A stretch of 35,466 nt of DNA, from IMG/VR virus record IMGVR_UViG_2711768053_000015. One strand, given 5' to 3'. Below the pieces are notes generated by a model. It had not been told where the DNA came from. It did no database searches and was given only the letters and a program-made list of their open reading frames with translations. Both the position numbers and the translations under genes were made by a program. This document shows positions 7,660 to 16,938 of this stretch, in pieces. The DNA comes from a virus. Taxonomy: Duplodnaviria; Heunggongvirae; Uroviricota; Caudoviricetes. Numbering within the stretch: the stretch's first letter is position 1; each line of letters opens with the position of its first letter.

Positions 7660-8602
7660 AATTACTTAGATCGGAGTTGGCTCCAGAAGGAGTGGAGCCA
7701 ATGTAAAACCCTAGAGTTTCATGGATGTTTTCTACTGAAGCTTCGGGTAATAAAGATTCAATATGTATCCTTTCTTTTAAAGACATAGCAGGGACGTTTA
7801 TATTTTTAGGATTACTCCACTTCCCATCATAAAATGGCCAATTCTTGATTCTGGAATTATCAATAAATTTAGCTTCTTCTGTATCAGTGTTTTCAAGAAC
7901 GATAGCTGTTAAAGTAACCATCTGTTGGCCATCTTTATAAACGAAAGAAGTTAATGGATGTATTCTTATGTCATTTCGACCTTTTAATCCATGCCCTATT
8001 GCGCGTCTCATAGCATTAACTAGGAGCATAGGGTATTTTTTAAATCCGACATCTTCGACTACTGCATTCGGTGGTAAAAAATCTTGAGTCAAAATATCGT
8101 TTATCTTTTGAAATCTATATGCTCTTGGATCTCGTTCGCTCGGGTTTTTTCCCAAGGCTTCAGGGTTTGCATTTAAAGTGATCTTAAAAATGTCTTTGGG
8201 TTTTAGCTTTGTAACCAAATTAACTATTTCATTTAACTGAGCATTTAAGTCTGAAGGCGTTGCATAATCTAACCATATGATCGTTTTATCGTCAAAGTTA
8301 TAGCGATTGATGAAGTCTCCGCTCATTTCTGGGGTATCACCCAAATTTATGCAAGATAATGGTTTGTTAAACTGTTGTCGGCAATGGACATTTTTATCTC
8401 CTTCGATAGATATCATTTTAGTCACTTTTAACAAATTATGAATTTGTTTGAAATCTTCGAGGAAAGGCCCCCCGAATCCTATATATACATATTCGGATAT
8501 GTTTGTATAATTGTTTAACCTTCTTAGGGATTCTATAAATAGATTCCTTTCAATGGCTTTGTTTTGCCGCAAATGATATGGGATGCTTCCGCCAGTACTC
8601 AT
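7610..8602 (-). CDS. Hypothetical 330-aa protein, downstream partner of the GHKL ATPase; function unknown
   Basis: ORF track; start ATG overlaps the ATPase stop (ATGA at 8599..8602); AT-rich; no nuclease or helicase motif recognised by eye; glycine-rich segment YVYIGFGGPF. Confidence 0.6.
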   Translation of the reverse strand: MSTGGSIPYHLRQNKAIERNLFIESLRRLNNYTNISEYVYIGFGGPFLEDFKQIHNLLKVTKMISIEGDKNVHCRQQFNKPLSCINLGDTPEMSGDFINRYNFDDKTIIWLDYATPSDLNAQLNEIVNLVTKLKPKDIFKITLNANPEALGKNPSERDPRAYRFQKINDILTQDFLPPNAVVEDVGFKKYPMLLVNAMRRAIGHGLKGRNDIRIHPLTSFVYKDGQQMVTLTAIVLENTDTEEAKFIDNSRIKNWPFYDGKWSNPKNINVPAMSLKERIHIESLLPEASVENIHETLGFYIGSTPSGANSDLSNFIEYYKVVPWYSKILF

Positions 8603-10023
8603 TGTTTAGCCTTTTTTAGAAATTCATCAAAACAATATTGACCAACCTCTGTTGGTGGTTGAGTTGCATCATCAAAGAGAAACTCTGACACCAGTTTTAT
8701 TTCACTATGTCTACGGCTAAATTTTATCTGACGTAATGGATCCGAATCCCGAGGCATTGGTAGCTTCGGTTTGAAAACTTCTCCTCCTATTGAACGTCGA
8801 ACGTTCGACCAGTTTTCTCTAGGAATTGATTTAGTAAAGTCGACCTCAGTTGTTGAAACCATATTGGATGCAGTATTAATAATTTGCTTTCTTTCCTCTG
8901 CGTTACTTTTCCATTTGTTGGTAAAGTCCGTGAAGAATTTTAAACCCTCGCGCATAAAATCTTTAGTAGAAAGATATAGCTCAGAGTTACCATCAACACC
9001 TCGTTTAGTTGTAGTGATAGGTAGTAATTCAGCATTTGATGATGTGAAAATAACAACACCAGAAATTCCGATGAATTGAGTATGATATTGTGGAACTCCA
9101 GCTTCTCCCCAACCTGTAAGCTTGGTTTTATCCGCATGTAGGACTACACGATCATTGCATATAATTGTCCAACCAGCTTTTTCTGTTGTGGAACGGCCTG
9201 ATAATAAATTCTCTTCTTCTTCCTCACTAGGCAAGTTACGATAAAATCCAACTGCAACTTTAATTGAAACTCCATTTGAATTATTTTTATATACATAAGG
9301 AGCAATGCCGTCGGTATTGCCTTTAATGGCTTCTTCATCAAATATTAAATTGGTGCTATTTGGCTTAACAATACATCCATTTACTTTAACCTCAAACCCT
9401 TTTTTAATGATTAAACTATAATGATTTGCTATGATATTAATCAAAACTTCTTCAAAGCCACGATCCTTTGATAGGGATGCTTTAATATCTTTCCTTAAAT
9501 TGTTAATTTGGATGCTGACGCCTGTTTCGTTTAAGTCAACATTATTTCGCTCTAACTCCAAAGACCAGTTTTCATCATCAGCCATCCATTCAGGAGAAAT
9601 GGTAACTGAAAATTGTTCGTTTTCAGTTTTGCTTAAAATCTGAGCAGATGTCCCCATTTTGAAAATCGCTCGTTTCATTCCGATACCATATACACCAATT
9701 GTCGGGAGATCATCCGCCTCACGTTCTGCAGGTCTACCCAACCTAAACGCATAGCTTTCCGCAAGTTTTGCTGGAATACCTCCGCAATTATCAGTTATTC
9801 TGAAACTATTCTCATCAAATTCAATATGAGCATAGTAACCCTTGTAAACGTCTGATTTACCGAAGGTTTGCTCTGGAGTGAAATTGTTTTTTCTTAATAC
9901 ACCATCTAGGCAGTTATCTAGTAAATCTAGAATTGAGTCAGACAACTCAATATCTCGGGTGAGCATCTCAACAAAGAATCTTTTTGCTGGAAATGCTGCT
10001 ATTTTGACGTTTGACGAAACCAT
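8599..10023 (-). CDS. GHKL-superfamily ATPase (histidine-kinase/MutL/MORC-like Bergerat fold), 474 aa
   Basis: N-box-like LLDNCLDG, G1 box DNCGGI, G2 box GVYGIGMKRAIF in the expected order and spacing; AAGGA RBS 6 nt upstream of the ATG at 10023. Confidence 0.75.
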   Translation of the reverse strand: MVSSNVKIAAFPAKRFFVEMLTRDIELSDSILDLLDNCLDGVLRKNNFTPEQTFGKSDVYKGYYAHIEFDENSFRITDNCGGIPAKLAESYAFRLGRPAEREADDLPTIGVYGIGMKRAIFKMGTSAQILSKTENEQFSVTISPEWMADDENWSLELERNNVDLNETGVSIQINNLRKDIKASLSKDRGFEEVLINIIANHYSLIIKKGFEVKVNGCIVKPNSTNLIFDEEAIKGNTDGIAPYVYKNNSNGVSIKVAVGFYRNLPSEEEEENLLSGRSTTEKAGWTIICNDRVVLHADKTKLTGWGEAGVPQYHTQFIGISGVVIFTSSNAELLPITTTKRGVDGNSELYLSTKDFMREGLKFFTDFTNKWKSNAEERKQIINTASNMVSTTEVDFTKSIPRENWSNVRRSIGGEVFKPKLPMPRDSDPLRQIKFSRRHSEIKLVSEFLFDDATQPPTEVGQYCFDEFLKKAKQ

Positions 10024-10089
10024 AAATTATCCTTTTTCGAACAGTAATTTTCGCATTCATGCATAATGGCTGTGAACGAAGATTCGTCT

Positions 10090-10118
10090 TGATTAGGCGT
10101 GCATGATTTTGCATACAA
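10090..10118 (-). promoter_or_regulatory. Candidate promoter for the ATPase operon (minus strand TTGTAT-17 bp-TAATCA) overlapping an inverted repeat CATACA-aaa-TGTATG
   Basis: Minus-strand -35 at 10113..10118 and -10 at 10090..10095; palindrome at 10112..10126. Confidence 0.3.
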
Positions 10119-10221
10119 AATGTATGAAAAAAAAAGCTGCCTGTCTATGACTGATAGCCGTCTAGTTACTTGGTTTTCAAGACAAATGCGACTGCATCAA
10201 AACCGTCTCATGAAGCGGGCG

Positions 10222-10240
10222 GGCGAGGCGGGGAAAGCAC
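10222..10240. other. cos: cos site: 19-nt sequence GGCGAGGCGGGGAAAGCAC matching the recalled P2 cohesive end
   Basis: Exact 19-mer present in the GC-rich segment between cargo 1 and Q, where P2 cos lies. Confidence 0.55.
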
Positions 10241-10382
10241 TGCGCGCTGGCGGCGGTGCTGATTTTATTTTTTCAGCGTCTGAGCGCGTTGTGATGGCGT
10301 TTAGATTGTTCGCCGGGGCGTTGGTGTGTATGCGGGCTGTTTTGTGCGGTGGTGAGCGTGTGAGGGCGTGATGGCGGGGTGT

Positions 10383-10404
10383 AAAAAAGCCGCCCACAGG
10401 CGGC
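10383..10404 (-). terminator. Rho-independent terminator after Q (minus strand)
   Basis: GCCGCC-caca-GGCGGC hairpin (10389..10404) followed on the minus strand by six U (10383..10388), just past the Q stop. Confidence 0.75.
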
Positions 10405-10409
10405 GATGT

Positions 10410-11444
10410 TCAGCCGTTGTCAGTGTCCAGTGAGTAGTTTTTAAAGCGGATGACCTCCTGACCGAGCCAGCCGTTTATCTCGCGGATCCTGTCCTGTAAC
10501 GGGATAAGCTCATTGCGGACAAAGACCTTTGCCACTTTCTCTATATCACCCAGCGACCCGACGTTCTCCGGCTTGCCACCCATCAACTGAAAGGGGATGC
10601 GGTGCGCGTCCAGCAGGTCAGCGGCGCTGGCTTTTTTGATATTAAAAAAATCGTCCTTCGTCGCCACTTCACTGAGGGGGATAATTTTAATGCCGTCGGC
10701 TTTCCCCTGTGGGGCATAGAGAAACAGATTTTTAAAGTTATTGCGGCCTTTCGACTTAACCATGTTTTCGCGTAGCATTTCGATATCGTTGCGATCCTGC
10801 ACGGCATCAGTGACGTACATGATGTATCCGGCATGTGCGCCATTTTCGTAATACTTGCGGCGGAACAGCGTGGCCGACTCATTCAGCCAGGCAGAATTAA
10901 GGGCGCTGAGATATTCCGGCAGACCGTACAGCTCCTGATTAATATCCGGCTCCAGCAGGTGAAACACGGAGCCGGGCGCGAAGGCTGTCGGCTCGTTGAA
11001 GGACGGCACCCACCAGTAAACATCCTCTTCCACACCACGGCGGGTATATTTTGCCGGTGAGGTTTCCAGTCTGATGACCTTACCGGTGGTACTGTAACGC
11101 TTTTCCAGAAACGCATTGCCGAACACCAGAAAATCCAGCACAAAGCGGCTGAAATCCTGCTGGGAAAGCCACGGATGCGGAATAAACGTTGAAGCCAGAA
11201 TATTGCGTTTGACGTAAATCGGTGAGCTGTGATGCACGGCAGCACGCAGGCTTTTTGCCAGACCGGTAAAGCTGACCGGCGGCTCATACCATCTGCCGTT
11301 ACTGATACATTCGACGTAATCCAGAATGTCACGGCGGTCGAGCACCGGCACCGGCTCACCAAAGGTGAATGCCTCCATTTTCGGGGCGCTGGCGGTCATT
11401 TTTTTTGCCGCAGGTTGCGGTGTTTTCCCTTTTTTCTTGCTCAT
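10410..11444 (-). CDS. Q: Portal protein Q (344 aa)
   Basis: ORF track; length and position match P2 gpQ; start overlaps the P stop (TGATG). Confidence 0.93.
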   Translation of the reverse strand: MSKKKGKTPQPAAKKMTASAPKMEAFTFGEPVPVLDRRDILDYVECISNGRWYEPPVSFTGLAKSLRAAVHHSSPIYVKRNILASTFIPHPWLSQQDFSRFVLDFLVFGNAFLEKRYSTTGKVIRLETSPAKYTRRGVEEDVYWWVPSFNEPTAFAPGSVFHLLEPDINQELYGLPEYLSALNSAWLNESATLFRRKYYENGAHAGYIMYVTDAVQDRNDIEMLRENMVKSKGRNNFKNLFLYAPQGKADGIKIIPLSEVATKDDFFNIKKASAADLLDAHRIPFQLMGGKPENVGSLGDIEKVAKVFVRNELIPLQDRIREINGWLGQEVIRFKNYSLDTDNG

Positions 11445-13216
11445 CAGTAAAACTCCAGAATGGTGGATGTCAGCGGGGTGCTGATACCGGCGGTGAGTGG
11501 CTCATTTAACAGGGCGTGCATGGTCGCCCAGGCGAGGTCGGCGTGGCTGGCTTCCTCGCTGCGGCTGGCCTCATAGGTGGCGCTGCGTCCGCTGCTGGTC
11601 ATGGTCTTGCGGATAGCCATAAACGAGCTGGTGATGTCGGTGGCGCTGACGTCATATTCCAGACAGCCACGGCGAATAACGTCTTTTGCCTTGAGCACCA
11701 TTGCGGTTTTCATTTCCGGCGTGTAGCGGATATCGCGTGCGGCGGGATAGAACGAGCGAACGAGCTGGAACACGCCGACACCGAGGCCGGTGGCATCAAT
11801 TCCGATGTATTCGACGTTGTATTTTTCGGTGAGCTTGCGGATGGATTCAGCCTGGGTGGCAAAGTCCATGCCTTTCCACTGGTGACGCTCAAGTATTCTG
11901 AATTTGCCACCGGCCACCACCGGCGGTGCCAGCACCACGCATCCGGCACTGTCGCCACGGTGTGACGGGTCGTAACCAATCCAGACCGGGCGGGAGCCGA
12001 ACGGATTCGCGGCAAACGGCGCATAGTCTTCCCATTCTTCCAGCGTGTCGACCATGCAGCGTTGCAGCTCCTCGAACGGGAACACCGACGCCTTGTCGTC
12101 AACAAATTCACACATGAACAGGTTTTTAAAATCGTCGGCGCTGTTTTCACGTTTGAGCTGCTCAATGTCGAACAGCGTGCAGCCACCTTTCAGGGCGTCC
12201 TCAATGGTGACAATCTGCCGCCACTGGCCGTCCGCACAGAGAAGCCCCCCGGCAAGGGCGTTATGACTGACGTCGATTTCCACGCGTTCGGCGGCGCTGG
12301 CGCGTCCCCGGTTGAACAGTTCACCCGACCAGAATGGGTAGGCGTCGTGCGCCAGCGTGGACGGGGTGGAGAAATAGGTCGAGCGCAGGTGGCTCTGTGA
12401 GGCCATACCTGATGCCACCTTACGCAGTACCTGAAAATTCGGGATCCAGAAAATCTCGTCGACGTACAGGTCGCCGTTATGGCTCTGTGCGGTGTTGGAG
12501 TTGGTGCCGAGAAAAATCAGTTTTGCGCCGTTATTGCCCAGGACAATCGGGTCACCGGTCAGGTCAACGTCAACCAGCCGGGCAAAGGCGATGATGTATT
12601 CGCGGAACACATACGCCTGCGTTTTACTGGCCGACAGAAAAATCTGGTTATGACCGGTTTTCAGGGCGCGCAGCAGCGCCTCGCGGGAAAAATAAAACGT
12701 CGCGCCAATCTGGCGGGATTTCAGGATATCGCGGATGCGGTGCTCAAGCCCGGCGCGATACCAGTGCAACTGATAGTCGAAAGACTGCTCAAAGAAAATC
12801 TGCTCCAGCTTTTCGATGGCCTCGTCACTGAAAAAATTCTTTTTCGGTTTGCGCCGCCCGCCTTTGTTGCGGTTAGCGACGTTCGGATTAAGGTCTGCCT
12901 CGTTGCCGGTCTGGCTGTAGCGGTTGACCCGTGCCAGTCGTTCAATCTGGCGTCCCAGCAGGTCAATTTCCTTGAAGTCACCGCCGGTTTTCTGCGGTTT
13001 GATGATGAGCTGGGTCAGCCGCGCTTCCAGACTCATTTCGACACGGCTGATGGGGGCAACGCTGTCCCAGCCGTCGCGCTGTTTCCAGCTCTGCACCGTC
13101 GGGCGTTTCATCTGCAACATGGCGGCAATCTGCGGCACGGAAAACCCCTGCCAGTACAGCAGCGCCGCCTGACGACGCGGGTCGTGTAAAAGAGTGGTGT
13201 CTGTGGTGATGGTCAT
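11444..13216 (-). CDS. P: Terminase large subunit / ATPase P (590 aa; start at the ATG with GAGGT RBS)
   Basis: ORF track 11444..13246; internal ATG at 13216 preceded by GAGGT gives the 590 aa of P2 gpP. Confidence 0.93.
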   Translation of the reverse strand: MTITTDTTLLHDPRRQAALLYWQGFSVPQIAAMLQMKRPTVQSWKQRDGWDSVAPISRVEMSLEARLTQLIIKPQKTGGDFKEIDLLGRQIERLARVNRYSQTGNEADLNPNVANRNKGGRRKPKKNFFSDEAIEKLEQIFFEQSFDYQLHWYRAGLEHRIRDILKSRQIGATFYFSREALLRALKTGHNQIFLSASKTQAYVFREYIIAFARLVDVDLTGDPIVLGNNGAKLIFLGTNSNTAQSHNGDLYVDEIFWIPNFQVLRKVASGMASQSHLRSTYFSTPSTLAHDAYPFWSGELFNRGRASAAERVEIDVSHNALAGGLLCADGQWRQIVTIEDALKGGCTLFDIEQLKRENSADDFKNLFMCEFVDDKASVFPFEELQRCMVDTLEEWEDYAPFAANPFGSRPVWIGYDPSHRGDSAGCVVLAPPVVAGGKFRILERHQWKGMDFATQAESIRKLTEKYNVEYIGIDATGLGVGVFQLVRSFYPAARDIRYTPEMKTAMVLKAKDVIRRGCLEYDVSATDITSSFMAIRKTMTSSGRSATYEASRSEEASHADLAWATMHALLNEPLTAGISTPLTSTILEFY

Positions 13217-13389
13217 GAATACCTCGCCGTGATGAATACACGGCAAGGCTACTGAGTCGCGCCCTGCGATTCGCTAAGGTGCTGTTGTGTCAGTGATAAG
13301 CCATCCGGGACTGATGGCGGAGGATGCGCATCGTCGGGAAACTGATGCCGACATGTGACTCCTCTAATCACTATTCAGGACTCCTGACA

Positions 13390-14244
13390 ATGGCAAAAAA
13401 AGTCTCAAAATTCTTTCGTATCGGCGTTGAGGGTGACACCTGTGACGGGCGTGTCATCAGTGCGCAGGATATTCAGGAAATGGCCGAAACCTTTGACCCG
13501 CGAGTCTATGGTTGCCGCATTAACCTGGAACATCTGCGCGGCATCCTGCCTGACGGTATTTTTAAACGTTATGGCGATGTGGTCGAACTGAAGGCCGAAA
13601 AGATTGACGATGATTCGGCGCTGAAAGGCAAATGGGCGCTGTTTGCGAAAATCACCCCGACCGATGACCTTATCGCGATGAACAAGGCCGCGCAGAAGGT
13701 CTATACCTCAATGGAAATCCAGCCGAACTTTGCCAACACCGGCAAATGTTATCTGGTGGGGCTGGCCGTCACCGATGACCCGGCAAGCCTCGGCACGGAA
13801 TATCTGGAATTCTGCCGCACGGCAAAACACAACCCCCTGAACCGCTTCAAATTAAGCCCTGAAAACCTGATTTCAGTGGCAACGCCCGTTGAGCTGGAAT
13901 TTGAAGACCTGCCTGAAACCGTGTTCACCGCCCTGACCGAAAAGGTGAAATCCATTTTTGGCCGCAAACAGGCCAGCGATGACGCCCGTCTGAATGACGT
14001 GCATGAAGCGGTGACCGCTGTCGCTGAACATGTGCAGGAAAAACTGAGCGCCACTGAGCAGCGCCTCGCTGAGATGGAAACCGCCTTTTCCGCACTTAAG
14101 CAGGAGGTGACTGACAGGGCGGATGAAACCAGCCAGGCATTCAGCCGCCTGAAAAACAGTCTCGACCACACCGAAAGTCTGACCCAGCAGCGCCGCAGCA
14201 AGGCCACCGGCGGTGGCGGTGACGCCCTGATGACGAACTGCTGA
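13390..14244 (+). CDS. O: Capsid scaffolding protein O (284 aa)
   Basis: ORF track 13324..14244; start set at MAKKVSKFF (13390), giving the P2 gpO length. Confidence 0.88.
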   Translation: MAKKVSKFFRIGVEGDTCDGRVISAQDIQEMAETFDPRVYGCRINLEHLRGILPDGIFKRYGDVVELKAEKIDDDSALKGKWALFAKITPTDDLIAMNKAAQKVYTSMEIQPNFANTGKCYLVGLAVTDDPASLGTEYLEFCRTAKHNPLNRFKLSPENLISVATPVELEFEDLPETVFTALTEKVKSIFGRKQASDDARLNDVHEAVTAVAEHVQEKLSATEQRLAEMETAFSALKQEVTDRADETSQAFSRLKNSLDHTESLTQQRRSKATGGGGDALMTNC

Positions 14245-14302
14245 CCGGCGTCAGCCAGTCCGGGAAAACCTTCACGATTAACCCTTAATTTCAGGAAAAA
14301 CT

Positions 14303-15376
14303 ATGCGCCAGGAAACCCGCTTTAAATTTAATGCCTACCTGTCCCGTGTTGCCGAACTGAACGGCATCGACGCCGGTGATGTGTCGAAAAAATTCACCGT
14401 TGAACCGTCGGTCACCCAGACCCTGATGAACACCATGCAGGAGTCCTCTGACTTTCTGACCCGCATCAACATTGTGCCGGTCAGCGAAATGAAAGGGGAA
14501 AAAATTGGTATTGGTGTCACCGGCTCCATCGCCAGCACCACCGACACCGCCGGTGGCACCGAGCGTCAGCCGAAGGACTTCTCGAAGCTGGCGTCAAACA
14601 AGTACGAATGCGACCAGATTAACTTCGATTTTTATATCCGCTACAAAACGCTTGACCTGTGGGCGCGTTATCAGGATTTCCAGCTCCGTGTCCGTAACGC
14701 CATTATCAAACGCCAGTCCCTTGATTTCATCATGGCCGGTTTTAACGGCGTGAAGCGTGCCGAAACCTCTGACCGCAGCAGCAATCCGATGTTGCAGGAT
14801 GTGGCGGTCGGCTGGCTGCAGAAATACCGCAATGAAGCACCGGCGCGCGTGATGAGCAAGGTCACTGACGAGGAAGGTCACACGACCTCTGAGGTCATCC
14901 GCGTGGGTAAGGGCGGTGATTATGCCAGCCTTGATGCACTGGTGATGGATGCGACCAACAACCTGATTGAGCCGTGGTATCAGGAAGACCCTGACCTTGT
15001 GGTGATTGTGGGACGTCAGCTACTGGCGGACAAGTATTTCCCCATCGTCAACAAGGAGCAGGACAACAGCGAAATGCTGGCCGCTGACGTCATCATCAGC
15101 CAGAAACGCATCGGTAACCTGCCAGCGGTACGCGTCCCGTACTTCCCGGCGGATGCGATGCTCATCACGAAGCTGGAAAACCTGTCCATCTACTACATGG
15201 ATGACAGCCATCGCCGCGTGATTGTGGAAAACCCGAAACTCGACCGCGTGGAGAACTACGAGTCAATGAACATTGATTACGTAGTGGAAGACTACGCCGC
15301 CGGTTGTCTGGTGGAAAAAATTAAGGTCGGTGATTTCTCCACACCGGCGAAGGCGACCGCAGAGCCGGGAGCGTAA
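14303..15376 (+). CDS. N: Major capsid protein N (357 aa)
   Basis: ORF track; length and position match P2 gpN. Confidence 0.93.
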   Translation: MRQETRFKFNAYLSRVAELNGIDAGDVSKKFTVEPSVTQTLMNTMQESSDFLTRINIVPVSEMKGEKIGIGVTGSIASTTDTAGGTERQPKDFSKLASNKYECDQINFDFYIRYKTLDLWARYQDFQLRVRNAIIKRQSLDFIMAGFNGVKRAETSDRSSNPMLQDVAVGWLQKYRNEAPARVMSKVTDEEGHTTSEVIRVGKGGDYASLDALVMDATNNLIEPWYQEDPDLVVIVGRQLLADKYFPIVNKEQDNSEMLAADVIISQKRIGNLPAVRVPYFPADAMLITKLENLSIYYMDDSHRRVIVENPKLDRVENYESMNIDYVVEDYAAGCLVEKIKVGDFSTPAKATAEPGA

Positions 15377-15379
15377 CCG

Positions 15380-16123
15380 ATGACGAGTCCCGCACAGCGC
15401 CACATGATGCGGGTCTCGGCAGCGATGACCGCGCAGCGGGAAGCCGCCCCGCTGCGACATGCAACTGTCTATGAGCAGATGCTGGTTAAGCTCGCCGCAG
15501 ACCAGCGCACACTGAAAGCGATTTATTCAAAAGAGCTGAAGGCCGCGAAAAAACGCGAACTGCTGCCGTTCTGGTTGCCGTGGGTGAACGGCGTGCTGGA
15601 GCAGGGCAAAGGTGCACAGGATGACATTCTGATGACGGTCATGCTGTGGCGTCTGGATACCGGCGATATTGCTGGTGCGCTGGAGATTGCCCGTTATGCC
15701 CTGAAGTACGGTCTGACCATGCCGGGTAAACACCGCCGCACCCCGCCGTACATGTTCACCGAGGAGGTGGCGCTCGCGGCCATGCGTGCTCACGCTGCCG
15801 GTGAGTCTGTGGATACCCGCCTGCTGACGGAGACCCTTGAACTGACCGCCACGGCTGACATGCCTGATGAAGTGCGCGCAAAGCTGCACAAAATCACCGG
15901 TCTGTTTCTGCGTGATGGTGGTGATGCCGCCGGTGCGCTGGCTCACCTGCAACGTGCGACACAGCTCGACTGTCAGGCAGGTGTCAAAAAAGAGATTGAA
16001 CGACTGGAGCGGGAGCTGAAACCGAAGCCGGAGCCGCAGCCCAAAGCGGCCACCCGTACCCCGCGTAAGACCCGGAGCGTGACACCGGCAAAACGTGGAC
16101 GCCCGAAAAAGAAAGCCAGTTAA
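15380..16123 (+). CDS. M: Terminase small subunit M (247 aa)
   Basis: ORF track; basic C-terminus; position after N. Confidence 0.9.
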   Translation: MTSPAQRHMMRVSAAMTAQREAAPLRHATVYEQMLVKLAADQRTLKAIYSKELKAAKKRELLPFWLPWVNGVLEQGKGAQDDILMTVMLWRLDTGDIAGALEIARYALKYGLTMPGKHRRTPPYMFTEEVALAAMRAHAAGESVDTRLLTETLELTATADMPDEVRAKLHKITGLFLRDGGDAAGALAHLQRATQLDCQAGVKKEIERLERELKPKPEPQPKAATRTPRKTRSVTPAKRGRPKKKAS

Positions 16124-16222
16124 CAACCGAATGCGCCCCGCGCCAGGGCGGCACGCCGGTCAGTGAGGGTGAATCACCTGACGCTGTACCGGCGTCCACC
16201 GCCCGACTTTTCAGAGGTAGTC

Positions 16223-16732
16223 ATGATGACGCTGATTATTCCGCGAAAGGAGGCTCCCGTGTCCGGTGAGGGTACGGTGGTCATCCCGCAACCGGCAGGC
16301 GACGAGCCGGTGATTAAAAACACGTTCTTTTTTCCCGATATCGACCCGAAGCGCGTCCGGGAACGTATGCGCCTTGAGCAGACCGTCGCCCCCGCCCGTT
16401 TGCGTGAGGCCATCAAGTCAGGCATGGCGGAGACGAATGCGGAGCTGTACGAGTACCGCGAACAGAAAATTGCCGCCGGTTTTACGCGTCTGGCGGACGT
16501 TCCGGCGGACGACATCGACGGTGAAAGCATCAAAGTTTTTTACTACGAGCGCGCCGTGTGTGCGATGGCGACCGCGTCGCTTTATGAGCGTTATCGCGGC
16601 GTGGATGCCAGTGCGAAAGGCGACAAGAAGGCTGACAGCATTGACAGCACCATTGATGAACTGTGGCGGGATATGCGCTGGGCAGTGGCGCGCATCCAGG
16701 ACAAGCCGCGCTGCATCGTGAGTCAAATCTGA
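16223..16732 (+). CDS. L: Head completion/stabilisation protein L (169 aa)
   Basis: ORF track 16163..16732; ATG at 16223 preceded by GAGG at 16214..16217. Confidence 0.88.
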   Translation: MMTLIIPRKEAPVSGEGTVVIPQPAGDEPVIKNTFFFPDIDPKRVRERMRLEQTVAPARLREAIKSGMAETNAELYEYREQKIAAGFTRLADVPADDIDGESIKVFYYERAVCAMATASLYERYRGVDASAKGDKKADSIDSTIDELWRDMRWAVARIQDKPRCIVSQI

Positions 16733-16935
16733 TGAAGACCTTTGCGCTACAGGGCGACACGCTCGACGCCATTTGTGTCCGGTATTACGGGCGCACTGAG
16801 GGCGTGGTTGAAGCCGTGCTCGCCGCAAATCCGGGACTGGCTGAACTGGGTGCGGTGCTGCCGCACGGCACCGCCGTCGAACTGCCCGACGTTCAGACCG
16901 CGCCCGTGGCTGAAACTGTCAATCTGTGGGAGTAA
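16732..16935 (+). CDS. X: Tail protein X (67 aa)
   Basis: In-frame ATG at 16732 overlapping the L stop (TGATG); sequence MKTFALQGDTLDAICVRYYGRTEG matches recalled P2 gpX. Confidence 0.85.
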   Translation: MKTFALQGDTLDAICVRYYGRTEGVVEAVLAANPGLAELGAVLPHGTAVELPDVQTAPVAETVNLWE

Positions 16936-16938
16936 CGC

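Noticed and set aside
6226-10221. Presence of P2 old (OLD-family ATPase/nuclease) or tin in the A-to-cos interval
   Set aside because: Neither cargo protein shows ABC-ATPase Walker motifs plus a TOPRIM domain as in Old, nor resembles Tin; the interval is occupied by the MTase and GHKL ATPase genes instead.
10583-13241. Numerous 60-236-aa ORFs on the strand opposite Q and P (for example 10883..11362, 11516..11965, 12479..13189)
   Set aside because: Shadow ORFs typical of GC-rich coding DNA; all lie within well-supported phage genes and lack RBS or operon logic.
13749-16828. Antisense or alternate-frame ORFs within O, N, M and L (for example 13749..14207, 15527..16126, 16418..16828)
   Set aside because: Same reasoning: embedded in conserved structural genes, no start-site signals.
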